Below the pieces are notes generated by a model. The model was not told the DNA's origin, did not search any database, and saw only the letters and a list, made by a program, of their open reading frames with translations. Below, piece after piece: positions 26,594 through 35,703 of a stretch of 64,000 nucleotides of DNA. Each line of letters opens with the position of its first letter. Position 1 is the first letter of the stretch. Origin of the DNA: an uncultured Candidatus Saccharibacteria bacterium (GTDB lineage Bacteria > Patescibacteriota > Saccharimonadia > Saccharimonadales > JAGQNJ01); contig CAZPVO010000002.1 of assembly GCA_964590205.1 (NCBI GenBank), positions 1,005-65,004 of the forward strand, given 5' to 3'. The position numbers and the translations under genes are program-made.

Positions 26594-27988
26594 TTACAAA
26601 CCGAGTTGTTGGCGAAGCGTGTCGAGCTCAGGCGGCGTCGGCCAGATGTTAAACTTACAGCCTTCAAGATCGATAGATTCTTGTAGCATAACAGGGGCCA
26701 GTTGACCTGGACCAGGACAATGCCGGTGGGCAAAACCAAGCCAATGGCCAGTTTCGTGATTAATAGCCATCGTTCGATAATCTTCAATATTGCCACCGCT
26801 TTGATTCCACGAATCTGTGCCGTTTTTCCAGCGATCATAGTTAATCACCACGTATGGGCTGACGGTACAGCTCCAAGCCGGGTCACAAATAGAACCAAAA
26901 GTAGCCATTTGATCGGCAGATGTCAGCCAATACGAAATTGCACAGCCGCTAGCAACCTTGTCATACTCAATCTGACCGCTGAGTGACCAGCCATTGTTAC
27001 TGTTCAGAACCTGGTTAATTTTGTTGCTGAAACCCGATAGTTCACTATTATCAACTCCGCGCACATTGGCACAATAGGTGTACGTTTTTTTCGGTGCTTC
27101 AACAAGCGACGCATCAAGTGACGTTTTGTTTTGTATCGCTGCTTTTGTATCACGCGTTAGATCAGTAATATTTTTAATGCCAATGCCCCAACTTCGTCCT
27201 AGATTAATAATGAAATCTTTAACTTTAGCCTCACTCAATATATATGTATTGGCGTTTACCTCGTGCAAACTGGCGATTTCCGCTGGTGTTAATTTGTGAC
27301 TTTTATCTTTAAATTTATACAGAACTGAAACCTGTGTCCGTGAGATCAAATCTTTGGTTTGATTACTTAAATCGGATCCTTTAACCTGCGATGGAATAAC
27401 TTTGATCGGTACTGTTACATTTGCTGAGTACTGAGCAAGCGAATCTTGAATAGCTGATTGTAATTTTGATTCGTCCAGCCAATAACCATTTATTTCGTTA
27501 ACAACCGAAAACTGCCCATCTTTGAGTTGAATTCGTGCATCAATTGGCGATTGCTTGAATGTTTCGACCAGCTGTTGCGACTGATCATGAAAAGTTTGCT
27601 GGTCAATTGTAGTCTGAGCCGGAACTTTTGGCGGACTTATAAAATTATAGATCGGTAGCCATGACCTTTGCTTGACTGCTTGCTCGGCAGTTTTTTGATT
27701 GTCTTGTGTTATGCCAAGACTACCTGTTTTGATTTGCACAGTTTTATCCTGATATTTGAACGCTAGATTTTCTGGGAGCAAGGCTATTGAGCTTAAATTA
27801 TTAGTCAGCGAATTTTTCGAGACACTGCCCACCTTGTGAGTTTGAATCGTCGTACCAGGGTATGTCCGATTGTGATACACCACCAATAGGACCAAATTAA
27901 TAACTGCAAAGGCTAAAAACCCCCAACCAACTGCAAGCAATCCGCGTCGAAAGTATTTGTTCTTTTTAATTTTGCTCAAAAACTTCAT
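26594..27988 (-). CDS. membrane-anchored putative zinc metallopeptidase (HExxH)
   Basis: N-terminal TM helix and a C-terminal MAINHETGHWLGFAH motif with conserved Cys residues. The middle region was not recognised. Confidence 0.5.
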   Translation of the reverse strand: MKFLSKIKKNKYFRRGLLAVGWGFLAFAVINLVLLVVYHNRTYPGTTIQTHKVGSVSKNSLTNNLSSIALLPENLAFKYQDKTVQIKTGSLGITQDNQKTAEQAVKQRSWLPIYNFISPPKVPAQTTIDQQTFHDQSQQLVETFKQSPIDARIQLKDGQFSVVNEINGYWLDESKLQSAIQDSLAQYSANVTVPIKVIPSQVKGSDLSNQTKDLISRTQVSVLYKFKDKSHKLTPAEIASLHEVNANTYILSEAKVKDFIINLGRSWGIGIKNITDLTRDTKAAIQNKTSLDASLVEAPKKTYTYCANVRGVDNSELSGFSNKINQVLNSNNGWSLSGQIEYDKVASGCAISYWLTSADQMATFGSICDPAWSCTVSPYVVINYDRWKNGTDSWNQSGGNIEDYRTMAINHETGHWLGFAHRHCPGPGQLAPVMLQESIDLEGCKFNIWPTPPELDTLRQQLGL

Positions 27989-28063
27989 GTCTATATTGTC
28001 TTATTATATCTGACGATAGAAGTTCTGGCTTGGTCATGTTAAGTTTAATTCCGGCATTGCAAC

Positions 28064-28513
28064 TTACTTTGTTACAAACATAAGCAAACTAAAGCCTGCC
28101 ACATAAAAAATTACTTCCGGAATAACGCCCCAAGGTCGTTCGCACCATTGAATTTTTTTGTGAAAATCGGTTAAGAATGTCTTTGGTGGCTTGAGCCCTT
28201 TACGCTCAAAAAAATAATAACGGTACGGCCACTCAAAGTCTGGAGACACCGCAACAACAGAGGCCAATAAAGCCAGGTTCCAACCATAAAGTCCTGTAGA
28301 CAAAAGCAATAATAAGCCGATGATGCCGAATCCTTCCATGACAAAAATCATCTTATTCCTCATTGCTACACCATAGCCTTCGCCGTCATACCCAAAGTGT
28401 GGCAGGCTATCGAGCACAAAATGCGAAGCAAAGGCCAAAGGCAAAACAAGAGCCGGCTGCTTTATGGTTACTGCAAGTAGTGTCCCAGCTATTACATGAT
28501 TACTTGTCGTCAT
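28064..28513 (-). CDS. membrane protein, YdjM/DUF457-like metal-dependent hydrolase family
   Basis: 149 aa with 4 TM helices and His/Asp-containing SHFVLDSLPHF. Confidence 0.4.
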   Translation of the reverse strand: MTTSNHVIAGTLLAVTIKQPALVLPLAFASHFVLDSLPHFGYDGEGYGVAMRNKMIFVMEGFGIIGLLLLLSTGLYGWNLALLASVVAVSPDFEWPYRYYFFERKGLKPPKTFLTDFHKKIQWCERPWGVIPEVIFYVAGFSLLMFVTK

Positions 28514-28613
28514 GACCGCAGTATAGCAAACCAGAGGCCATTGACAGGCCTACCTCTGTTTGATAAGATTACTGGGACTAAAATTCAAAGCCTAAAAAGT
28601 TCCGTCACAACGA

Positions 28614-28688
28614 AGCGGGGTGGAGCAGCGGCAGCTCGCGTGGCTCATAACCACGAGGTCGCAGGTTCGAGTCCTGCCCCCGCAACCA
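28614..28688 (+). tRNA. initiator-type tRNA-Met (CAT)
   Basis: AGCGGGGTGGAGCAGCGGCAGCTCGCGTGGCTCATAACCACGAGGTCGCAGGTTCGAGTCCTGCCCCCGCAACCA. Closely resembles E. coli tRNA-fMet (GCGGGGTGGAGCAGC...CCCCGCAACCA) and has an unpaired 1:72 position. Confidence 0.85.
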
Positions 28689-30237
28689 AGTAAGAATTTA
28701 AAGCCCTTTCGGGGGCTTTTTGTATTGAAATACATCTGTAAAGCTCGCTTATTTCTGAGGTTCCAAACTTATGGCTTGATGAGTCATACACTACACCCCT
28801 TGGGAACAACATGCTTTGGAACCTAATTTGCAAGTCAACCTCTGAAGAAGCCCATTGCTTGTCTACATTCTCCATAACGTTTATAGCTTGCTCAATGTCG
28901 GTTTCACGAATCATTTGCTGTTGTTCTAGCTTTGTTAAGTCAGATGTCACTTCAAGCTTTTGATTATCTAGGTCGGCTATATACGCGTCTTTCTCGTCTT
29001 TTGTAAGTTCTTCAGCAACGAACTTATCAATTGCCTTACTTCGCAGTTCGGATATTTTGTTTAGCTTTTCTCTGCTCAGGCCTATCCTTACATTAAGACT
29101 ATCTAGTGCAGCATTAGACTCTTTAACAAGTACGTGCTTATAAACCTTCAAGATTTCGCTAGAGGGTTTAATTTTTTCGAGCATCTTTTCAAACTCGTTG
29201 TGTACTATGTCCGCCTTCACCGACGGAACTTTACCAACACATGACTTTCGAGCACAGTGATACCTTGGAGATGACTGTCCATTACCCGTGGTTGGTGCAG
29301 ATGAGTATAGTGATTTATTACAATTACGGCATAGCAACAAACCACGTAAAGGATACCTGCTGTTTATGTGGTCATGTCTTTCACCTTTTCGAGAGTTTTC
29401 ACCATAAAGCAGGTTATGATTTCGTTTAAAGACTTCCTCACTAATAATGGCAGGGTGCTTACCTTGGACATTTTTGTAGTTTGTAAACTTATCCGATACA
29501 TAACCTGCATACGTCGGGTTCTTTATTAGCCTATGTATACTGTCTTCGCCTAAGAATTTATCATATCGGCTCTTAAGCCCAACTTGCTTTGCATAACGTG
29601 TGAGCTCAGCCTTTGAAATATCACCAACACTAAATCTTTCCAATACACTCTTTACTTTATCAGCCATAGGTGTCTTTCTAAGTGTTGGTCTTAGCTTGCC
29701 TAAATCATTAGGAATTTTATTAGGCAAATAGCCAACAATAGGTGGGTGCTGATAGAACCCCTGCATTGCTAATGAACGCATGTTATCAATTGTCACTTCA
29801 GCTTTTCCTTCATTATCAAGTTGGCCAAGAGCAACAAGCAGATTTTCCATAAACCTCCCCTCTTTTGTGTCGTTAACAGCTGGTTCTGTTGCTGACCGAA
29901 TCGTTATCCCGCTTGCCCTCAACACGAGTTTGACGTTGGTGGTGTATGAATCGTTATCACGAGAGGCTCGCTTCATGTTGTAAACAACCCAGTGGTTTAT
30001 TTCAGACTTGTGTTTAATGCAGTAGTTCAGCAGTGCTTGTAATCCATCACGCTCTGTATTCTTGCCAGACTTAGCAATATCTTCAAACCATTTAACTATG
30101 TGTATATTGTTTAGGTCAGCAAATCTCTGAATACTGTCACGTTGCGTAATAGGACTTTCGTTATTTACCTGCCTTTGTGACGATATCCTTATGTAAGCGA
30201 CTGCTTTTTTCTTGGACTCATTCATACTTGTTTCCAT
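28645..30237 (-). CDS. large serine recombinase (integrase)
   Basis: Resolvase catalytic N-terminus AVAYIRISSQRQ, a recombinase domain, a zinc ribbon CRNC...RYHCARKSC, and a coiled-coil. The last ~15 codons are antisense to the tRNA. Confidence 0.9.
   Translation of the reverse strand: METSMNESKKKAVAYIRISSQRQVNNESPITQRDSIQRFADLNNIHIVKWFEDIAKSGKNTERDGLQALLNYCIKHKSEINHWVVYNMKRASRDNDSYTTNVKLVLRASGITIRSATEPAVNDTKEGRFMENLLVALGQLDNEGKAEVTIDNMRSLAMQGFYQHPPIVGYLPNKIPNDLGKLRPTLRKTPMADKVKSVLERFSVGDISKAELTRYAKQVGLKSRYDKFLGEDSIHRLIKNPTYAGYVSDKFTNYKNVQGKHPAIISEEVFKRNHNLLYGENSRKGERHDHINSRYPLRGLLLCRNCNKSLYSSAPTTGNGQSSPRYHCARKSCVGKVPSVKADIVHNEFEKMLEKIKPSSEILKVYKHVLVKESNAALDSLNVRIGLSREKLNKISELRSKAIDKFVAEELTKDEKDAYIADLDNQKLEVTSDLTKLEQQQMIRETDIEQAINVMENVDKQWASSEVDLQIRFQSMLFPRGVVYDSSSHKFGTSEISELYRCISIQKAPERALNSYLVAGAGLEPATSWL
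28699..28722 (+). terminator. intrinsic terminator after tRNA-fMet
   Basis: AAAGCCC-tttc-GGGGCTTT followed by TTG. Confidence 0.6.
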
Positions 30238-30262
30238 AATACACCATGTAATTTATTGGAAC

Positions 30263-30418
30263 CTATAATTTGAGTGATTTTCTAGCTATTAGGGTTAGTA
30301 CATTAACTAGTTCTTGCACTTGGTGGTCGGTTAAGTAACTATACTTGCGTCCTAGCAGTTTTTTAGCCTCTATGACGGTAGTTTTGGGAGGTTCATGCAA
30401 GTCATTGCTATTGAGCAT
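30263..30418 (-). CDS. possible small protein (51 aa), not in ORF track
   Basis: Own translation MLNSNDLHEPPKTTVIEAKKLLGRKYSYLTDHQVQELVNVLTLIARKSLKL. The ATG overlaps the upstream gene stop by 11 nt. It fills the gap before the recombinase. Confidence 0.3.
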   Translation of the reverse strand: MLNSNDLHEPPKTTVIEAKKLLGRKYSYLTDHQVQELVNVLTLIARKSLKL

Positions 30419-30713
30419 CAGAAGCCCTCACAGGGCTGCTAAATGTACGAGCCTCTTTCACATACTTGCTGAATAATTTTCCTGGGAAGTCTCCTTCTGA
30501 GGCACGCCTACGCCATTCGTTGACCTGTGCATAGCCAAAGTCTTTTACTACACCGCAATACCATTTTCGAAACTGCACATTGTTATATTCAGCAACCAAT
30601 TCGTCAGCAAGCTTATCAATGGCTTCAATTGGTAACTGTTTAATTGAAGTGTCCGATGAACTGTCTATTGGCAGTTGTTTGTTACTTAAAATATTTGAAA
30701 TGCCAGTACTCAC
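30408..30713 (-). CDS. hypothetical protein (101 aa), element-borne
   Basis: ORF only. No family recognised. Confidence 0.5.
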   Translation of the reverse strand: MSTGISNILSNKQLPIDSSSDTSIKQLPIEAIDKLADELVAEYNNVQFRKWYCGVVKDFGYAQVNEWRRRASEGDFPGKLFSKYVKEARTFSSPVRASDAQ

Positions 30714-30766
30714 ATCCCAATTGTATGTACGACTTCAGAATGTAGCTGCCCCAACAAACAAAATTA

Positions 30767-31159
30767 TTATCTGGTCTTTAAATATTTCTTATTTCTGTTG
30801 TAGTATTTTTGTAAGTCAAATTCAGTTAAGAAGGGATATTCGCCATCAAAGTATGGTATCTCGTCGTTCGCATATGCTTCATGTATGTTTTTAAATGTTA
30901 GTTTACGTTTCCTTAAGAAATACACGCCATATAGTAAAACAAGGTCTTTCGGTGGCTTCACTCTTTTATAGTGCTTTTTCCCTGTTACTTTTGCACGTGC
31001 ATCACTAAACGTATCCCATGCCTGAAGAAACTCTTCCTTCGTAGCATCAATCCCAAATGAAATAATAAATTTCTGCTTCTCAACGTCGTAGTCCATTCCT
31101 ATATTTTTATTTGGAATGTTCTTTTTCATTTTGAACCAGAGCTTTAACCGAAGCTCCAC
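30767..31159 (-). CDS. hypothetical protein (up to 130 aa), element-borne
   Basis: ORF only. The start is uncertain (internal Met at MKKNIPNK). Confidence 0.45.
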   Translation of the reverse strand: MELRLKLWFKMKKNIPNKNIGMDYDVEKQKFIISFGIDATKEEFLQAWDTFSDARAKVTGKKHYKRVKPPKDLVLLYGVYFLRKRKLTFKNIHEAYANDEIPYFDGEYPFLTEFDLQKYYNRNKKYLKTR

Positions 31160-31484
31160 CTAGTATGGGTTTTACCTCTTGTAATGTATGTTCAAAATCA
31201 TGTTTTAGACTAAATTCGTCTTTCTTTTTTCTTTCTAGATACTTTAATGCCAAGTCAGGACTTTTCTCAAACGATTTAATAACAGAAGCTCTGGCTTTAA
31301 GAATTGGCATTTCTTTTAACTGTGTTTTTCGCTCCAGAAACTTTGGGTTCTTCTCTTGAAATTTATAGAGTGTTGCGGGGGCTATATTAGCATATAAGGT
31401 GGCTTCTAAGTCTGTACAGCCTAATGCAAACGCCTCTTCAAGCTTGCTTCTCACTTCGCTTGTCATTATTGTTGGTCTACCCAT
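31107..31484 (-). CDS. HTH protein, terminase-small-subunit-like / DNA-binding
   Basis: The ATG at 31484 is preceded by AGGAGGG. MGRPTIMTSEVRSKLEEAFALGCTDLEATLYANIAPATLYKF resembles N-terminal HTH domains of phage small terminase or transposase-associated proteins. Confidence 0.45.
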   Translation of the reverse strand: MGRPTIMTSEVRSKLEEAFALGCTDLEATLYANIAPATLYKFQEKNPKFLERKTQLKEMPILKARASVIKSFEKSPDLALKYLERKKKDEFSLKHDFEHTLQEVKPILGGASVKALVQNEKEHSK

Positions 31485-31500
31485 ATTTTTAACCCTCCTA

Positions 31501-32118
31501 TTAATGCAATGTCGTAGCGATGTCAACACACTCATTAATTGCTTGAGTATTGCTAACACCAACATATGAGGTGCATTGGTTTCTAGCATTATTACTGTCT
31601 GGTATATAAAAATATACGTAAAAGTATTCAGTTATAGGCTGGGCGTAGGTCTCTTTTGTAGAGTGCCCATCGCTGTACGTACAATTTTTACTCCAGCCGT
31701 TTACACCTTGAATATGTCCAGCACCGTTTCTATATAAAGAATGTGTCTCATACTGCACATCATTGTTGTTGGTACAACTTATAAGTGTTGGGCTAGAGAT
31801 AGTTTCCTGAGTTGGAGCTGACGGATTATTGCTACTAACTGAAGGTTTAATGCTACTACTTGTTGAAGACGATTGACTATTATTATCAGATTTTGTTGTT
31901 TGTGTTGTAGGATTGGTTGTAGTTGTCTTTTCTTTAGCATTAGGTTGTTCATTTGACGTTTGATTTTGGTTGCTTTGATTATTTAATGAATCATGGGATT
32001 TTAAGGCATAGATACCTACTGGCAGGGATATTAGCAATCCGAAAAATAGACCAATTAATAGCTTGGTGTTATTTTTAGTAACTTTTTTTATACCGCTAAG
32101 ATATTTCTTCACACCCAC
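31501..32118 (-). CDS. membrane-anchored/secreted protein with S/T/N-rich linker
   Basis: N-terminal TM helix (LLIGLFFGLLISLPVGIYAL), then a low-complexity QTSN/ST-rich stretch, then a Cys-containing globular end. Confidence 0.55.
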   Translation of the reverse strand: MGVKKYLSGIKKVTKNNTKLLIGLFFGLLISLPVGIYALKSHDSLNNQSNQNQTSNEQPNAKEKTTTTNPTTQTTKSDNNSQSSSTSSSIKPSVSSNNPSAPTQETISSPTLISCTNNNDVQYETHSLYRNGAGHIQGVNGWSKNCTYSDGHSTKETYAQPITEYFYVYFYIPDSNNARNQCTSYVGVSNTQAINECVDIATTLH

Positions 32119-32327
32119 ATTATATACTTAAAAAATCAAGTACTGTTAGCATGGTTAGATACTGTATACGCCGGCGTATATGTATATACGGCAAATAATG
32201 AAGATATCCAATTAAGGAGTCTCTTTATGTTTTCGGTCAATATTGGTGATACAATCGAAATAGCAATGTGAGTATGAGTTGTATAACATCCATCGCCCAC
32301 ATGCTTATTAACAAGGTGGCAAACTCA

Positions 32328-32993
32328 CTAAGCAGCTACGGGCTTAAGCAACGATTTATCATTGTTCCTAGGGCTGTTTACGTCCCTGCTAACCTCATAG
32401 ATTTCTAGACCATTGTCTTCGAACGGAAACAGTAGTGACTCTAAGTTCTCAGGTTTGTCGTTTGATGGCTCAATCCAAGAAGCTTCGGCTTCAGGATGTA
32501 ATATCACTGGCATTCTATTGTGAATTGCCTTCATCTCTTTATTCGGTTCTGTGGTCATAATCGAATACGTTTTAATTTCATGACCATCTTTGCTTTTCCA
32601 ATTATCCCAGATCCCAGCAAAGGAATATAATTCGATCTTTTTAGGGTGAATGTAGAAGGGTATTTTGCCGTCTTTAGAAGCCCGCCACTCGTAGAAACCT
32701 GTGGCTGGCACTAAACATCGGTGATTTAGCACAGTACGCTTCCAGAAACCCCCAAAGGCCTTGTCAGCTCGAGTGTTAATAAGCTCTTTAACTAAGTCTT
32801 TTCCCAGCATACGCGGTATACCCCATTGCATGGTTTCAATACGCCGCTTTCCGGTTTCGTCTTCAATAATTACAGGCATTTCCTGTGAAGGCGACACATT
32901 GTAGTTTTCCCGAATGTCTTTCGGTTTGTTATCCACTTTAAAACGCTTCACAAGCTTTCCGGTTTTCACATCGAGTGTATAACGACCGCACAT
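32328..32993 (-). CDS. SOS-response-associated peptidase (SRAP / YedK-HMCES family)
   Basis: True start MCGRYTL (catalytic Cys2) at 32993. Family-typical ...FYEW... and ...MPVIL... motifs. Confidence 0.85.
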   Translation of the reverse strand: MCGRYTLDVKTGKLVKRFKVDNKPKDIRENYNVSPSQEMPVIIEDETGKRRIETMQWGIPRMLGKDLVKELINTRADKAFGGFWKRTVLNHRCLVPATGFYEWRASKDGKIPFYIHPKKIELYSFAGIWDNWKSKDGHEIKTYSIMTTEPNKEMKAIHNRMPVILHPEAEASWIEPSNDKPENLESLLFPFEDNGLEIYEVSRDVNSPRNNDKSLLKPVAA

Positions 32994-33019
32994 ACTACTA
33001 ATTGTACTAGGAGATTGTA

Positions 33020-33286
33020 ATGAGAGAAAAAGTAAATCAAGAAGTAAGCGTTGTGATGTACTATTCAGCCAAGAAAAAGCAGGCAGTGCCACACATGCTG
33101 TATTGGCAGAATAAGGACTATATGCTCGGCAAAGTTGATTATTACCACAACTACATGGAGGGACGGGAGAAACAACATATTTTCGAGTTGTGCGACAAAG
33201 ACACTTCGCTGTGGTTCAGGCTGAGGCTAGATAGCAGTAATTTACACTGGACGCTGGAGGCTATTAGCGATGGACTTGCAACTTAA
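33020..33286 (+). CDS. hypothetical protein (88 aa) preceding the Y-family polymerase
   Basis: ORF overlapping or abutting the polymerase start. Its position is analogous to UmuD/YolD-type accessory genes, but no motif was recognised. Confidence 0.45.
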   Translation: MREKVNQEVSVVMYYSAKKKQAVPHMLYWQNKDYMLGKVDYYHNYMEGREKQHIFELCDKDTSLWFRLRLDSSNLHWTLEAISDGLAT

Positions 33287-34505
33287 CGATATAGACCCGC
33301 TGATAATGCATGTAGACCTCAATAGTGCCTATGCAATCATTGAACAACAGGCTAATCGATTGATTAGACATAAACCTGTGGGTGTTGCAGCATATGACTC
33401 ACCTGGGGGTTTCATAATCGCCTCATCATATGAAGCAAAGCGTTTGGGCATTAAGCTCATGAGAATAAGAGAGGCACGAGATATTACCAAGGACTTAGTA
33501 ATACTTACTCCTGACCCTGAGAAATACTTTGATGCACATAGAAGGTTTAGGGAGGTATTGGAGCGATATACAAATGAAGTTACACCAAAGTCTGTCGACG
33601 AGTTTGTCGTTGAATTCACACGCTCAAAAACTGTCAGAGAGGGCAAGAGCCTTGTTGAGGCGGGGTTTAAGATAAAAAGAGATATAAAGAAGTCGCTCGG
33701 CGAATACGTGACCGTAAATATAGGAATTGCACCGAATAGATTCTTGGCTAAGGTGGCTGCCGGTATGGATAAGCCAGATGGACTTGACGTAATTACGGCC
33801 AAAGACATCCATAATATATATGGGCAATTAGACCTTATGGATTTACCAGGTATTAATCATCGCTATAAAGCACGACTGAATATTGCGGGTATATATACTC
33901 CATTAGAATTTCTAAATGCACCCATGCCAAAACTTAAGAAAGAAGTCTTCAGAAGTATCGTTGGTTACTATTGGTTTCTTCGATTACGCGGATATGAAAT
34001 CGACTCGGAAAAGTTTAAGACTAAAAGCTTCGGAAACGACTATGCAGTTGGCGATAAGACAAGTGACCCAGATAAAGTAGCAAGATTGTTAATGAAGTTG
34101 TGTGAGAAGACTGGCAGAAGGCTCCGCAAACACGACTATCAAGCTTCTGGAGTATTCCTTGGCCTTGGGTTTGAGAATGGAACTTGGTGGGGAAAGAGCA
34201 AACGTTCTAAGAGCTACTTATACTCAACACAAGATATATATTTGCATTGTGTAAGGTTGATGAGAACAGTTTCATTCCCTGCCCGTGTAGTGCATATAAA
34301 CATCTCAGTGTTTGGGCTAGTCCCAGCAACACCAGTACAGCTTGGACTATTTGATGGCACAAGGTTAGATACAAGGTCGCTCGCAATCGCGTCTGACCGT
34401 GTTAATAATAGGTATGGCGAGTATACTGTTATACCTGCAACCATGGCAAACATGCAAGATACAATAATCAAGCGAGTGCCCTTCGGAAGCGTTCGTGATA
34501 TCTAA
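33270..34505 (+). CDS. Y-family DNA polymerase (DinB/UmuC-like)
   Basis: HVDLNSAYAIIEQ (catalytic Asp block), SVDEFVVEF (SxDE block), GIAPNRFLAKVAAGMDKPDG, LPGIN. Alternative start at 33306. Confidence 0.85.
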   Translation: MDLQLNDIDPLIMHVDLNSAYAIIEQQANRLIRHKPVGVAAYDSPGGFIIASSYEAKRLGIKLMRIREARDITKDLVILTPDPEKYFDAHRRFREVLERYTNEVTPKSVDEFVVEFTRSKTVREGKSLVEAGFKIKRDIKKSLGEYVTVNIGIAPNRFLAKVAAGMDKPDGLDVITAKDIHNIYGQLDLMDLPGINHRYKARLNIAGIYTPLEFLNAPMPKLKKEVFRSIVGYYWFLRLRGYEIDSEKFKTKSFGNDYAVGDKTSDPDKVARLLMKLCEKTGRRLRKHDYQASGVFLGLGFENGTWWGKSKRSKSYLYSTQDIYLHCVRLMRTVSFPARVVHINISVFGLVPATPVQLGLFDGTRLDTRSLAIASDRVNNRYGEYTVIPATMANMQDTIIKRVPFGSVRDI

Positions 34506-34932
34506 AAACTTTGCTGTGCATAACCGTTTTCACAAGATTGAATTATGTTATATACTCAAATTAATCAAGCCAGTGGTTTGAGCGTCTAAGGAAATAAATA
34601 AACCCCAATCTAAGTGAGAGGGGTTTATTTATATCATTTTTCTTTTTTTGCCTTTCGGCCAGGAGGGTTACCAAGCTTCGACCAGCAATATCATCTAAGG
34701 AAATTAGATGGGTAACCCCCCAAAAAATAAATGTGCCCGTAAGCTTGGTGGTACTATTACTAACCACCGAGCTTATAGATACATTTGCATTTAAAAGTTT
34801 GGAATGTTTGTAATAGTTTCTGGTCGAAGAGCCACCCCTTACGACTATAGACATCATAGACTTGCAGACAAGCTAAAGCAATAACTATAACGGTGTATTA
34901 TTTAGTACATTAAGGCCGTATCAGTTCTTGAC

Positions 34933-35050
34933 GTTCTAGTCCCCTGCGGTAGAGTAACTTAACTGTAGTTTTCCCCTAGAGAGCTGTAACCATCTTACTA
35001 GCTCCCAACTGATTTGGTTCCAATTCGAGTGTACGTGGGCAACCATAAGC
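34933..35050 (+). repeat. tRNA-fMet-like 118-nt repeat, copy 1
   Basis: Aligns end to end with copies at 36426 and 37243. Ends in GGTTCCAATTCGAGTGTACGTGGGCAACCATAAGC. Confidence 0.8.
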
Positions 35051-35055
35051 ATGTT

Positions 35056-35087
35056 GACCCTTGTTCAGACAGGGGTCTTTATTTTTT
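35056..35087 (+). terminator. intrinsic terminator after repeat copy 1
   Basis: GACCC-ttgttcagaca-GGGGTC followed by TTTATTTTTT. Confidence 0.7.
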
Positions 35088-35090
35088 CAC

Positions 35091-35630
35091 TTATTGTGGC
35101 CCTAATTCTGTCCTTGGGTCTATACCCAATGCTTTGTAAATTTCAGCTCTTCGCTTTGAGTTAAAATCTACCTTTCCATGCTCGATGCGGTTAACTACAA
35201 AACGAGAGCTATCGCCTAAACGCTCCGCAAATTCTGTTTGGTTTAATCCAAGTTCCTTTCGAGTAGTTCTTACCCGCTCAGATATTTCTTCAGGGGTTTC
35301 TTGCCAATATTCATGCACAGTTACATATCTATCTAGGCCAAGAGTAGCTGTTATGTCAGCAGCCGCACGTAGCAGCTCTGCCTGGCTGGCTTCATCACCT
35401 CTAGGCAAGCCCGCTTCTCTAAACGAAAGCTCTCTTAAGATTCCGATAAGAGCTACATTATAGTCACTTACCATATCTCTCTGCATGGCTATTCTATAGT
35501 CTTCAAGATTATCTGCTACTTCTATCAGTGGGAAAACCTCATCATTGAAAGGGTGGGCCTCACATGGAATTAGGTGACTGGGGTCTAGTGGCGGCATTGA
35601 ATACGGTTTGACTTCATGTTGTTCTGGCAT
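35091..35630 (-). CDS. XRE-family HTH regulator with unknown N-terminal domain
   Basis: C-terminal LGLNQTEFAERLGDSSRFVVNRIEHGK. Divergent from ORF 35739. Confidence 0.7.
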   Translation of the reverse strand: MPEQHEVKPYSMPPLDPSHLIPCEAHPFNDEVFPLIEVADNLEDYRIAMQRDMVSDYNVALIGILRELSFREAGLPRGDEASQAELLRAAADITATLGLDRYVTVHEYWQETPEEISERVRTTRKELGLNQTEFAERLGDSSRFVVNRIEHGKVDFNSKRRAEIYKALGIDPRTELGPQ

Positions 35631-35683
35631 AGTTATTCCTTATTTCTTAACCTTGACATCCTAACAAACACATTCCATAACTA

Positions 35684-35703
35684 ATATGAATTGTTTTTCA
35701 TAT
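35684..35703. promoter_or_regulatory. inverted repeat ATATGAA-N6-TTCATAT in divergent promoter region
   Basis: Perfect 7-bp arms between the divergent XRE and wHTH genes. Candidate operator. Confidence 0.4.

Noticed and set aside
26452-26838. 128-aa minus-strand ORF overlapping the 3' end of the metallopeptidase gene
   Set aside because: It is out of frame with the much longer, motif-bearing ORF 26594-27988 and extends into an AT-rich intergenic region. Likely spurious.
34561-34857. 98-aa minus-strand ORF in the gap after the polymerase gene
   Set aside because: No RBS and an odd composition. It spans a terminator hairpin and the inverted repeats. Treated as noncoding, with a possible ncRNA instead.
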